Shown piece after piece: positions 41,650 through 51,603 of a DNA stretch of 64,000 bases. Below the pieces are notes generated by a model. That model searched no databases, had not been told where the DNA came from, and worked only from the letters and a program-made list of their open reading frames with translations. This DNA comes from a virus (lineage: Duplodnaviria; Heunggongvirae; Uroviricota; Caudoviricetes). Numbering within the stretch: position 1 is the first letter of the stretch; each line of letters starts with the position of its first letter. The DNA is taken from positions 1 to 64,000 of the IMG/VR virus record IMGVR_UViG_3300001605_000025, one strand, 5' to 3'. Position numbers and translations under genes: made by a program.

Positions 41650-42023
41650 TGCCTACTATGGTTGCACACAACGAGAACAATGGTATTGTTACCCATTGTA
41701 AACAGGAAACTACTATTGATAGACTAGTAGCGAAACAAGATAAGTATGAAGAACTAATAGCACAACTGATCACTAATGGAAGTAAAATAGATATGTTATC
41801 AGAGAGTATAGGTGAACTGAAAGATTCATTTAGTGTGATAACAAAGTGTTTACACACAATACAAATAACACAAGCTACATTACCATCGCAAACTGAAATT
41901 TCAACAATGAAGGAGGATTTGGTCCGGCATCGGACATGGTTTCAAATCCTTGGGGCTGCTACTGGGATCTTGGCTACACTTACTATTGCGTTGATAATGT
42001 TTATAGTAAATAAGATACTCTAG
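41613..42023 (+). CDS. tail-anchored coiled-coil membrane protein (XhlA-like), paralogous architecture
   Basis: 136 aa; C-terminal TM (ILGAATGILATLTIALIMFIV). Confidence 0.3.
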   Translation: MYRAYTKHTEGLMPTMVAHNENNGIVTHCKQETTIDRLVAKQDKYEELIAQLITNGSKIDMLSESIGELKDSFSVITKCLHTIQITQATLPSQTEISTMKEDLVRHRTWFQILGAATGILATLTIALIMFIVNKIL

Positions 42024-42508
42024 CGGTTCATTTCTTTACGGAAATTAGTGATGTGGACATCGAGCTGGAACATTGGGTTGATTGTAACAATTTTCTCTAC
42101 AACCTCCTTCGCTGACTCTCTAACCGTTATCAAATCGTATTGTGCAGCTATAATTGCTAAATTCAGTTGATACATATATCTCGATAACATTACTGTCTTT
42201 TTAGTAACCTCATATTCATTTAGTATATCGGTACGTTTTGCAATTGAATTTTCTAATCGTTGTCTCAAATACGTCAGTCGAGTCTCCAGTCGTAAGATCT
42301 CTTCACGTGTTGTATTAATCACATCATCATTTATCTTTAGCCGCATCTCAACAGCGATATCTGCAAACTCATCTGAATCAATAATATCTAACGCTTTAGT
42401 AGTAATATTAGATAGATCTAGTCCCATATTCTTAATTCGTTCAACTTTCTCTCTATCAACATATACCGATGTTGTTCCCTTTCGCACCATTAGAATCCTC
42501 CTCAACAA
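42020..42508 (-). CDS. hypothetical protein (last gene of leftward replication block)
   Basis: 162 aa; convergent with the tail/lysis module. Confidence 0.35.
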   Translation of the reverse strand: MLRRILMVRKGTTSVYVDREKVERIKNMGLDLSNITTKALDIIDSDEFADIAVEMRLKINDDVINTTREEILRLETRLTYLRQRLENSIAKRTDILNEYEVTKKTVMLSRYMYQLNLAIIAAQYDLITVRESAKEVVEKIVTINPMFQLDVHITNFRKEMNR

Positions 42509-42592
42509 TGACTACCATAGCACAATAGCTGCTCCGAATCATCCAGATATGTGTTCACAGCGTGTATTCGATAGCACCTACCGTAATACGTC

Positions 42593-43699
42593 CTACTTCA
42601 ACTTAACCAGATCACCGGCTAGTGTTTCTATCAGTCTATACTTAATCATATCAGCTAACTTCTCGTATACCTGTTTAGCATTCCAACCTACCATTGAACA
42701 TTCCTTAACGATATCACGTCTTGCACATGTTCCGCCGTGTAACGTAACGATGCGTCTAATCTGAACAAAGTCTAGGTTATTCGCTATGTCATCTCTCCAC
42801 ATCTTTTCATTTTGTAACAACGTTACTAGATCTGGATCCGTAACATCAAGATGCATAACAGGTTCGATCTCACGTTTCATCAGATGGTATCCAAGAATTA
42901 ACCGATTGAAGTAACTCGATTCAAAACTATATATATCCATCTCATGGTACAACTTCAGTATTGAGTCGTCAAATTCGATCTTGTTAATCGTATCCATCTG
43001 GTGTACTTGATCGTCGATGTTACTCCACAACACAGACATAGCTTGTGGATTCGGTCTTACATTTTGTGTCCGATGCATGATATCCATCAACGCTATATTA
43101 TCAGCATACGTAGGTAGGAATACCATAAAGATCAGTCTACGCCCTAACCCAGAACTAAGATCATAACTTCCAGGCTGAATTCCAGCCCACATCGATAGAT
43201 TCGTCTGATAGGCTATAGCTCCAGACGATAATCGTTTGAACACTCGTCCGTGATCTAACGCTGCTAACAGTTGTGTTTCCATCTGACTATTCATCTGATT
43301 CTTTAAGGCATCAGATATCGCTTTAAACTCATCAATTAACAACAGTCCATCTTTATTCAGTTCTGCAGCTCCAGGATTATTAATGCCTAAACCGTTAACC
43401 GACACGACAGTTCCAACAAAACCGGCTTCAGTCATTGACTGTTCACTAGCAATCTGGATCTCCGTCCCGTGAAAGATACCATGTGGATCAGCAGCCATAG
43501 TCTGGAGATAGTAAGTCTTCATAAACCCAGGTGGAGCTACAAATAGTAAGTGGCATCGCATATTCGGTAACTGCTTACCAGCATAGTATATCTCCCGTTT
43601 CTGGTTCATCAGATTGAACGCATGAACAGCATAGCTACAGGTAAAGTATGGAGCGTAGATCTCCCGTTTGTAAGCTTGCCGATCAGCAAGTTCACTCAT
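42593..43699 (-). CDS. AAA-like ATPase with degenerate P-loop
   Basis: FVAPPGFMKT (degenerate Walker A), LLLIDEF (Walker B); next to the ERCC4 nuclease. Confidence 0.35.
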   Translation of the reverse strand: MSELADRQAYKREIYAPYFTCSYAVHAFNLMNQKREIYYAGKQLPNMRCHLLFVAPPGFMKTYYLQTMAADPHGIFHGTEIQIASEQSMTEAGFVGTVVSVNGLGINNPGAAELNKDGLLLIDEFKAISDALKNQMNSQMETQLLAALDHGRVFKRLSSGAIAYQTNLSMWAGIQPGSYDLSSGLGRRLIFMVFLPTYADNIALMDIMHRTQNVRPNPQAMSVLWSNIDDQVHQMDTINKIEFDDSILKLYHEMDIYSFESSYFNRLILGYHLMKREIEPVMHLDVTDPDLVTLLQNEKMWRDDIANNLDFVQIRRIVTLHGGTCARRDIVKECSMVGWNAKQVYEKLADMIKYRLIETLAGDLVKLK

Positions 43700-43722
43700 G
43701 ATCTGATCGTAAATTGATTTCG

Positions 43723-44355
43723 TTAGAATCTCTCCTTTAACGTTCTTCTTATCTGAATTGATTTCGCTGGACCAATTCCACGAACTCTCTGTAAATCTTT
43801 ATCTGGAACGTTTGCGATATTTGTTAAACAATTATGAGTCATCATTAATTGTGTCAGTTGTGCTGTTGAGATTCCAAGTAAACGTGCTGCCAGTATCGTG
43901 CGATCTCTTCTAACGGGAACATTATACTTTCCCTCATCAACTTTCTTCATGAACTTAACTAACGTGATCATACCTTCCCATTCGTTCTCTACCCATAACG
44001 GTTGAATACCGTACCGGCAGGCTATCGATGCGATCTCTCCGAAGAGAATATCTGGATCGATTGTTATCCCGATATCTCGCATATTCTTAACGTAAGGTGC
44101 TATAGCGCCTGTGATAAGCAGAATCTGGACTTTATCTTGGTGGACAGATATTCGTTCAATCTGATCGTGTATTCTACGATTAGGGCCTGTGATACTTCCA
44201 TACAAGTCTGCAATTGTCTTACGTTCAGCCAAACACCGTTCCGATTGGTAATCTCCTTCGTCTAGTTTAATCCTCCTGAACTTCATTTCCGGGAACTTCT
44301 TAGTTAAAAAGTCATAGTACTTTGGTGGCTCTCTTGTATCTACGTCGACTGGCAT
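43723..44355 (-). CDS. ERCC4/XPF-family structure-specific endonuclease with C-terminal HhH
   Basis: VDVDTREPP ... IKLDEGDYQSERCLAERKTIADLYGSI ... DQIERI matches the ERCC4 nuclease signature (VDxRE, GDY...ERK...DL..S); C-terminal GIGPAKSIQI helix-hairpin-helix. Confidence 0.75.
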   Translation of the reverse strand: MPVDVDTREPPKYYDFLTKKFPEMKFRRIKLDEGDYQSERCLAERKTIADLYGSITGPNRRIHDQIERISVHQDKVQILLITGAIAPYVKNMRDIGITIDPDILFGEIASIACRYGIQPLWVENEWEGMITLVKFMKKVDEGKYNVPVRRDRTILAARLLGISTAQLTQLMMTHNCLTNIANVPDKDLQRVRGIGPAKSIQIRRTLKERF

Positions 44356-44594
44356 GGTATCGTTCCGCCTATCATTAGTTCCTCGTCACACCGTTTACAT
44401 CTACAGAGTACCTCGTAACGTACGGCTCCAACAATAACCTTCTTTAAAACAAAATCTGTAGGGTCCTCAGACCATATGCTAATTGGTTTCTCCATTATAT
44501 CACGATGAACTGTAACATCTAGAACGACCAGTTGATCAGCTGGATGTTTACAGTTTACTGCAGGATCTATTCCAACTATACTAGTTTCAGGCAC
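44340..44594 (-). CDS. hypothetical protein with C-terminal Cys cluster
   Basis: 84 aa, CRCKRCDE...C. Confidence 0.3.
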   Translation of the reverse strand: MPETSIVGIDPAVNCKHPADQLVVLDVTVHRDIMEKPISIWSEDPTDFVLKKVIVGAVRYEVLCRCKRCDEELMIGGTIPCQST

Positions 44595-44783
44595 GTTATC
44601 CCTCTCGGAAAACTTTTCGTTCTATCATCATTCGAATAGCTTCTAGTGCTGGAGATATCTCTACCCAGTCTCCAGAAAAATAGCTGGTTGGTAAGTTTGC
44701 TTTATCGCAATATGAATCAAACAGTTCAGACTTCTGCATCCATTCATGTTCTGTGTCCAGAAGCTCTAAAAATTGGACTAACG

Positions 44784-45563
44784 TTAGATTAGTTTCTTTC
44801 CCTTCCGACATACCGACACCACGTCATGCTGATGAATTGATTCCTGATGTGTACAGACGACTACCCAATCTTCCATCCATCCATCGATCGTTGCACCGAT
44901 CACTCTTGAAGCATCCTCGACAAACAGATTCGTTCGGGCGGCTCGCTGACACCAATCTAGTTCGTCCGGTCTCTTCATCAACGGTATAGGAACAATGTCT
45001 ACCACTTCGATGATCCGTGCTACAATTGATGTCATTAGATCGTCCAGGTCCTCCTTCGGCGATAACAATCCAGTTACCTGTGCTAAAGCTCGCTGCATAT
45101 GAGGAACCCCTCCTTCTTGTTTCACCATTCTCATGGCACATGGGCACACACTCGCATACGGAACTTTCATAGTCAGATACCAATCTTCTTTATCGGGTAC
45201 ACGGACACCTTCTAACATACTATCTATAAAGATCAATTGTTCGTTCTCCATCTCATATGCTGCTGTCCAATTACATTCCCAGTAACTGTTAGTCGTTTCA
45301 TGTCCTTCAGCTAACGTTTCTAATAATTCTGAGTTCATATAAATCGGATCGTCCTCGTAATCTGTTAACGCATCAACTAATCGTGACATATGAACACCAG
45401 TCCGATCGATCAGATCAACATAAGCAGACTGACTTGTTAACGTTCGTCGTCCGCTAAAGTCTTGCATAAACTGTTTGAATCCTTTAATACCAACTTTCTC
45501 TAGTGGCATACCACCAGACGGACCTTCAGCATAGTCAGGTAACAATCGTACACATGAATCCAT
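44784..45563 (-). CDS. possible GTP cyclohydrolase I type 2 (FolE2/MptA-like), first step of 7-deazaguanine synthesis; assignment tentative
   Basis: ORF track 44784-45665; internal Met (MDSCVRLL) preceded by AAGGAG SD. EKVGIKGF motif near N-terminus and conserved Cys/His/Glu positions are reminiscent of the FolE2 family; located immediately downstream of queE-queD. Confidence 0.3.
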   Translation of the reverse strand: MDSCVRLLPDYAEGPSGGMPLEKVGIKGFKQFMQDFSGRRTLTSQSAYVDLIDRTGVHMSRLVDALTDYEDDPIYMNSELLETLAEGHETTNSYWECNWTAAYEMENEQLIFIDSMLEGVRVPDKEDWYLTMKVPYASVCPCAMRMVKQEGGVPHMQRALAQVTGLLSPKEDLDDLMTSIVARIIEVVDIVPIPLMKRPDELDWCQRAARTNLFVEDASRVIGATIDGWMEDWVVVCTHQESIHQHDVVSVCRKGKKLI

Positions 45564-45737
45564 ACTACTGCTCCTTTGGGTTCTTCCAGTTACCAAATAC
45601 AGTCTCAAGAACAGCTGCTGAATATGGATGTGTATTACATGAATTATGAAGTAGCTGTTGGTCACAGCTTATAGCTCGTAACGCCTCTCCAATTGCATCT
45701 ACTTTCTGTTCAAGTCTTTTAAAGTCTTTAGTAGTCA

Positions 45738-46385
45738 TTATCTCACCTTATACAGTACATGAAGTCTCGGGCTTACGGCTCCGTTAACTCCATATTCATC
45801 CATCATACGAATAATCTCACGAACCATTCTATTATGTTCCGTTATCATCGTATCGTCCTGGGGAGTCATCGGCATAAAGTACATTCTCACTTCAGAGTGT
45901 TCAGTTGCCCATTTCATCCACCATCTAATATTCTCATACCTAATAACTGGTTTAATAACTACATCTACTTCACAAATGTTAGTCCACAACGTTAATAGAT
46001 CGGTCAGTCCAGAAGTAGGTAGTTCACTATCTTTCGGACTAACAACTACCAGATCGAACGCAGCAACACCAAACGGTATCGTTCCATTCGTTTCGATAGC
46101 ATGTGTCATACCTAACGATTCAACTGAAGCGATCGTATCCTTTATCTCATCAACCTGGAGTCCAGGTTCTCCACCAGTCCAGACAACGTTCCTCACTCCT
46201 TTCTTATATGCTTTAGTAATCAGGCTTTTTAGTTCAGTCCGACTAACATTAATATACAGTGTTGCGTATTTCGTATCACAAAAAGGACAATGAAGATTAC
46301 AGCCCGATAGTCTTATAAACAACGACCGTACTCCAGCTTGTGGACCTTCACCCTGAATCGATATAAACGTTTCGTTTAGTCTCAT
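45738..46385 (-). CDS. queE: 7-carboxy-7-deazaguanine synthase (radical SAM)
   Basis: ETFISIQGEGPQAG..FIRLSGCNLHCPFCDTKY (Cx3Cx2C-like CNLHCPFCD cluster), TGGEP motif. Confidence 0.85.
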   Translation of the reverse strand: MRLNETFISIQGEGPQAGVRSLFIRLSGCNLHCPFCDTKYATLYINVSRTELKSLITKAYKKGVRNVVWTGGEPGLQVDEIKDTIASVESLGMTHAIETNGTIPFGVAAFDLVVVSPKDSELPTSGLTDLLTLWTNICEVDVVIKPVIRYENIRWWMKWATEHSEVRMYFMPMTPQDDTMITEHNRMVREIIRMMDEYGVNGAVSPRLHVLYKVR

Positions 46386-46816
46386 TGTAACCCTCTCTCA
46401 GGAGTCCACGTGACGGTAGCCTTACTAACATCATTCTCCCATACCGTCACACTAACCATTGTTAGTGGTCCAAGTTTCCAGTTGTACACATCCATCACAC
46501 TATTACAAAGTAACGTTGCAATATTTTCGCATGTTGGATTCTCTCTCGTTGGATATACTAGTTGATTACACGATCTAAGTATCTGAACTAACGGATCAGA
46601 TTCTTTCAGTATCACTTTATGATCCATACCATCCGTTAGTCTTTTAAGTACCGTAAAGTTCTCGAGGTACCCAACAGAGTTAACTTTGTCACCCTGTAAG
46701 ACAAAATCTACTTTCCAATTATGCCCATGTAAGAATCCACATTTCGAATCATCACCATACTGTCTATGTGCAGCTTCAAAATCGACAGACGTCTGTATCG
46801 TAACCATGATGTTCAC
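46382..46816 (-). CDS. queD: 6-carboxy-5,6,7,8-tetrahydropterin synthase
   Basis: FEAAHR ... KCGFLHGHNW (CxxxHGH zinc/catalytic motif) ... DHKVIL. Confidence 0.8.
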   Translation of the reverse strand: MNIMVTIQTSVDFEAAHRQYGDDSKCGFLHGHNWKVDFVLQGDKVNSVGYLENFTVLKRLTDGMDHKVILKESDPLVQILRSCNQLVYPTRENPTCENIATLLCNSVMDVYNWKLGPLTMVSVTVWENDVSKATVTWTPERGLQ

Positions 46817-47336
46817 CTAAAAATTTAGTGCCTGGTAACTACAGGTACTTGTTCACACTGTCTAACGATAGTCCCATTAGTTCCAGTTTTCTTATAATCA
46901 GTGCAATACATTTGAGGTCCATGTAACACTTTGAGTGCTGCTGGACATTTTCTAGCTCTCGATACGTTGACACATTTAACAATTTCTTTCATTTGACCGC
47001 CCTTAATAACGCTGATTCAGTCGATAACTGTTCATCATCAGGATATAGTTCCTCAAACATTGCTAACGATTCTTCAAATTGTTCCGTTGACATCTCTTTA
47101 TGATGTTTCACGTTCTGTTCTATCGTACCACAAATCTTTCGTGCAGCAATATCAGACTTTCCACGTTTCCGTTGTGCCGTCACACATGCTGCAAAATCTG
47201 GATATGGACCGATTGGCATAACTAATCATCTTCCTGTAGTTCTCTTTTGATCACAGTACATGCTGCGGTAATTGCACTACAGTAGACCTTACTCTCGGTT
47301 CTGTTCGATCCACCGTACCTACATTCATCTTTAATC

Positions 47337-47606
47337 TTAGCAATAAGTTCCTTTGCTGATAACATACTCATCTCCTTGGCCTAACGTTGATAGTGCTTTA
47401 GCTGATAACTGATAGATATTATTATACTGTTCTTGCGCTATCGTAATCAGCCAACCATCTTTAGATGCTCGTGTGATTGATGTCGCAACGTCATCACCAA
47501 GATACTTTCGAACCTTAGTTCTCGTAAATGATGTTTGCTTAAATCTATCGTACAGGAGAACAATTAGTTCTCGTGGTGGTATCTTGCCTACTTTCCGTCT
47601 AGTCAT
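47337..47606 (-). CDS. small DNA-binding (winged-helix-like) protein
   Basis: 89 aa, basic N-terminus. Confidence 0.3.
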   Translation of the reverse strand: MTRRKVGKIPPRELIVLLYDRFKQTSFTRTKVRKYLGDDVATSITRASKDGWLITIAQEQYNNIYQLSAKALSTLGQGDEYVISKGTYC

Positions 47607-47823
47607 CTCTAACTCTCATCCTCCAGTTCCTTAGTTAAATCATCTCTCATATCATTAAGTTCAGCTCTTATATCAACCAACTGACTGTCTAGATCAGAAA
47701 TATTTAGTACTACTGTCTCAATATCAAGCTCGTCGGTACTACATAGCTTATGTACAGCATCAAGTTGGTTAATTGCTTCATTCATCATATACCTAATACT
47801 AGCTAAGTACTCAGGTATGTCGT

Positions 47824-48231
47824 TCACTTTATCTCCCTCGCGATTACAACTCGATTCAAGTGGTCAGCTGTCTGAATATAAATGTTCGTTCTTGGAGTCC
47901 ATTTAATAGTAACACGAACATTCCGTTCACGAATAACAGTTAGAACAGTTGTACAGAGTTCAGCTAACCGTTTATTCGTAGTCTGGTACTGTTTGTTCAA
48001 CTGTTTAACAACAAGTTCACTATCCGAATACAGTGTTATGTCATCGTATCCCTCTCCTATACAATAGTTTAATGCGTTCAACAGTCCAGTATACTCAGCA
48101 ACGTTATTCGTTACACCTGTAAGTATATCAGTTCGTTGATACACTACTATATTGTTCTTCACTATTAAAAAGGAGGCTGCACCTATCCCGTTGCTATTCT
48201 TACCGGATCCATCACTGTAAGCTACAATCAT
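47824..48231 (-). CDS. rnhA: RNase H
   Basis: MIVAYSDGSGKNSNGIGAASFLIV matches the RNase HI N-terminal DGS...G.G motif; 135 aa. Confidence 0.55.
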   Translation of the reverse strand: MIVAYSDGSGKNSNGIGAASFLIVKNNIVVYQRTDILTGVTNNVAEYTGLLNALNYCIGEGYDDITLYSDSELVVKQLNKQYQTTNKRLAELCTTVLTVIRERNVRVTIKWTPRTNIYIQTADHLNRVVIAREIK

Positions 48232-48529
48232 AACGTATCACCCTAAATACTGAACTAAGAAATGATGGACAACAATCGCTACTGTAACTCCTATTAGTAC
48301 TACTATAACCATCATTAAGTCTATCATTTAGTGGTCACCTTTGGACGTTCCTCAATAACAAACGATATAATCAACGATAAGTGAGTAATGATAGCTTCAC
48401 ATTCTTCTAGTGATAGTTCTAATCGTTGTCCGACATCCCCACGATAAGACTGGTCACTCATCTGGCCACACATATATTTCCATTCTTGTTCTCTTATCGG
48501 TATAACTAATCGATTACCTCTAATCATCG

Positions 48530-48820
48530 TTATCCTCCCATAGCAATTGCATACAGTAGTTGACGTTCATCAGAACAAACTATCTCATCTTCACCTTGTT
48601 CAGCAATCTTATCCTCGAACATTTTAATCATTTTCGGACCACCGATAACCTTGGCAATTCCGTACCAAGTTTTCAGATTACTCGGTTCTCCAGTTGAGAT
48701 TATCAGATCTCCAGGTTTCCACGGATGAGGTGATGTTACACCCTCCACCCACGCTCCGTTAACAAACTTACCACTCATCATCACCACTCTCATCTTCTCC
48801 AGGGCAGTAATCGTTACCAC
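48530..48820 (-). CDS. hypothetical protein
   Basis: 96 aa. Confidence 0.3.
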   Translation of the reverse strand: MVTITALEKMRVVMMSGKFVNGAWVEGVTSPHPWKPGDLIISTGEPSNLKTWYGIAKVIGGPKMIKMFEDKIAEQGEDEIVCSDERQLLYAIAMGG

Positions 48821-49030
48821 TTAAATATCGCTGACAGATTCCCATACTTCCCATGTTATCACATTCCAGTTCTGGATACTCACAGTCTGTCATAGTTTAC
48901 CACCTAACCACATGTAACATTATACTGTCTGCTCGATTATCATTCTTCCAGTCTCTAGCAGCAAACGGATCGTTAAACTCCTTAAGATGGAGTCCTTTAG
49001 TATCCTTCCAAAGAACAATCCAGTCTTCAG

Positions 49031-50950
49031 TTATGAACATCCAGACCACCCGCATGTCATACACGTTCCGCTTCTACAACCCGAACCGAAACTAAGTACC
49101 GTCCCACATTGTGGACACTTATTCGTTACAATTTCAGATTCTGTAAACCAGAATGCATTCATTCGTTTCGCAAGAATATCCGGACAACTCTTTCCAGCAG
49201 AGTTTGGATTCTTCATTGCGGTAGTACACTCAACTTTCGATAGCGTCGATATGATCCGTTTAATCGTTGTCTTCTCATCACCATAGAGTCTCGGGTCATG
49301 TATATACTTGGAAATAACCTTCCCCATTCCTTCCATGTTAGCCTTACATCCGCCTTGCGTGAGAACATAAGCTTCGTATGGGTGATCGTCGGCGATGTTG
49401 TTATTGGTAGTAACGTGTATCTCGCCACACCCTGTGGGGAAGTCCAACGTTCTACCGTATCGTTCAACTCTGTCTCCTTTAGAGCTCGGTTGGCCTCTTC
49501 CTGGAATCGGTCCAGTAGGTCGAACAGATGTAAGTACCTGTTTATCTTTTGAACCATCTCGATACACCGTTATCCCTTTGCATTTCAGTTTCCAAGCTAA
49601 ATGTATCGCATCCTCAATATCCTGTACTGTAGCACTTGATGATAGATTAATCGTTTTTGATACAGCGTTATCAACATGGTTCTGCCAGGCAGCCATATGT
49701 TTCAACTGCCACTCTACAGATATATGCTTAGCTGTATCTTCTAGTAATCCATGTTGTCTTGCGAGATCGGTCAGTGGATGTTCGAGTGTTACAATTCCAG
49801 CTTCTGACTCTCGTGTGTACGTCCAGTCAAATACTGGTTCGATACCTGACGAACAATCTGCAAGGAAGGATAATGTTCCAGTTGGAGCAATCGTCATAAC
49901 TGTTTCGTTGTTATAGGTCCGTCCTGGAACTTCTCTCGTTGCAACATCATAGTACCTAGATCCAATCTTATCGATCAACTGAATCGCTTCTGTTGATTGA
50001 TAGCTGATACCCATTTTAATCAGTAAGTCAGCCCAACCCATAACACCGGATCCAATCTTTCTAGACAGTAATGTAGCCTCTCGTATCTCTGGTATCGGGA
50101 ACGTATTCAAATCAATAACATCGTTTAACGCTCGTACCGACAATCTTACCGTATCGTCAAGCATCCCGTAATCAAACGTCTCTCCTTCCGGTATCAGTTT
50201 ACTTAGATTGATAGACGCTAAATTGCACGACTCATACGGTCGTAACGGCTGTTCGCCACAAGGGTTCGTACAATCGATAACACCTCTCTCAGGAAACCGA
50301 TTCGTCTCGTTGAGTCTATCCAAAAATACGACACCGGGGTCTCCCGTTCTCCAGGCATGCTCTGCAATAGTGTGAACCAGTCCGTTATCGCTTTGCATAT
50401 CTGAGTCCTTGATCCCGACGCTAATATTGAAATGTGATAGTCCGGATCCACTATCTTTACAGTGTATAAACTCTTGGATGTCTGGATGATCAGCGTTAAG
50501 TATCCCCATATTGGCACCCTCGCGTTTACCTCCTTGGGATACCACACCGGCTGACTCGTTAAGCAATTCCATGACTTTAACAGGACCACATGCTTTCCCT
50601 TTAGTTGATTGTATAAGTGAGCCACGTGGTCTAAGTCTAGAGAAGTTGAAACCGGTTCCACCAAAGTACTTATGCACACGGGCGGCGTGCCAAACCGTTC
50701 TATATATTCCATCCAGTGAATCTTCCACTGGTAAGACGTAACACGCTGATAATCCTCCAGCTCCCGGTACGCCTGCATTAACAAGCGTCGGAGTGTTTGG
50801 CAACCAGATTCCGTGAGACATAGCATTGAGCAATGTTTCCGTGTACTTGCGATCCTCTCGTCCGATAAACTTTGCAACTCTCTCATATACATCACGTTCT
50901 GTTCTCTCTCCAGGTTGTAAATAACGATCCTTTAGTAGTTTCTCTTTCAT
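49031..50950 (-). CDS. nrdJ: ribonucleotide reductase, class II (adenosylcobalamin-dependent)
   Basis: 639 aa; active-site TNPCGEQPL, GTGFNFS, C-terminal Cys4 zinc ribbon (CPQCG...CMTCGWSGC). Confidence 0.8.
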   Translation of the reverse strand: MKEKLLKDRYLQPGERTERDVYERVAKFIGREDRKYTETLLNAMSHGIWLPNTPTLVNAGVPGAGGLSACYVLPVEDSLDGIYRTVWHAARVHKYFGGTGFNFSRLRPRGSLIQSTKGKACGPVKVMELLNESAGVVSQGGKREGANMGILNADHPDIQEFIHCKDSGSGLSHFNISVGIKDSDMQSDNGLVHTIAEHAWRTGDPGVVFLDRLNETNRFPERGVIDCTNPCGEQPLRPYESCNLASINLSKLIPEGETFDYGMLDDTVRLSVRALNDVIDLNTFPIPEIREATLLSRKIGSGVMGWADLLIKMGISYQSTEAIQLIDKIGSRYYDVATREVPGRTYNNETVMTIAPTGTLSFLADCSSGIEPVFDWTYTRESEAGIVTLEHPLTDLARQHGLLEDTAKHISVEWQLKHMAAWQNHVDNAVSKTINLSSSATVQDIEDAIHLAWKLKCKGITVYRDGSKDKQVLTSVRPTGPIPGRGQPSSKGDRVERYGRTLDFPTGCGEIHVTTNNNIADDHPYEAYVLTQGGCKANMEGMGKVISKYIHDPRLYGDEKTTIKRIISTLSKVECTTAMKNPNSAGKSCPDILAKRMNAFWFTESEIVTNKCPQCGTVLSFGSGCRSGTCMTCGWSGCS

Positions 50951-51603
50951 AGTCTCATCACGTTACCGATGTAATCTTCGTCACGCTTTAAGTACAGATG
51001 TGGACAGAAACAAATATGTGTATACGTTCCAACCGGTAGTCCTACAGCTAACGATATATGTTTCTGTAACTCCGTTAGTCCATACATATTTGGACCTAGT
51101 CCCAGTGTCATATCCTCCGACCGGAATACAACTTTCATATTTAAACGTCCTTCTCTTACATCACAATGTATCAACTGTAAGCACGGAACGTCTTCACGAG
51201 TCGTATCCAATTTCGGATTCCATGTTATCGCTTGAGCTCGTCTAGTAGATGGTGACCCAATAAGTTTCTGTTCAATATACGTTATCTGGTTGATCCCAAA
51301 GTGATGCGTTAATCGATCGTGGTAATCGTAGACAAAGTCAGCAGACGTTCCCGCAATCAGATCGTTAGCATACTGATCCATATACTTCTGACTGAACGGT
51401 AGTGTGGGAGGTTTAATAAATCGTGGTTCCACAAACGGAGTTCTAATAAACAATGCTAGTTCTTTAGCCTCAATAGTATCCTGTTTGTTCTCTCCAGGAT
51501 ATACAATCGGGCATTCAGTCTCATCTTTATAACAATGGTTCATGATATACCGTATAACGATCTCATGACCTTTCGCTAAGTTAGGTGCTTGTAACAACTT
51601 CAT
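50947..51603 (-). CDS. thymidylate synthase (ThyA)-family enzyme, short and divergent (possible dNMP hydroxymethylase)
   Basis: RRAQAITWNP, VPCLQLIHC (catalytic Cys in PC motif), RSEDMTLGLGPNMYGLTEL (RSxDxxLGxPFN-like, Asn retained so dUMP-type), CPHLY; only 218 aa and lacks the folate-binding ELLWFLxGxTN segment. Confidence 0.65.
   Translation of the reverse strand: MKLLQAPNLAKGHEIVIRYIMNHCYKDETECPIVYPGENKQDTIEAKELALFIRTPFVEPRFIKPPTLPFSQKYMDQYANDLIAGTSADFVYDYHDRLTHHFGINQITYIEQKLIGSPSTRRAQAITWNPKLDTTREDVPCLQLIHCDVREGRLNMKVVFRSEDMTLGLGPNMYGLTELQKHISLAVGLPVGTYTHICFCPHLYLKRDEDYIGNVMRL

Noticed and set aside
42593-43699. Calling this protein a clamp loader, helicase loader or QueC
   Set aside because: Walker A is degenerate (APPGFMKT). 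No PP-loop SGGxDS and no RFC-box motifs, so only a generic AAA-like call is supported.
44824-45183. 119-aa alternate-frame ORF
   Set aside because: Nested within the FolE2-like candidate gene on the same strand in another frame.
50218-50895. 225-aa ORF in an alternate frame inside the RNR gene
   Set aside because: Lies entirely within the well-supported nrdJ coding sequence, with no SD.
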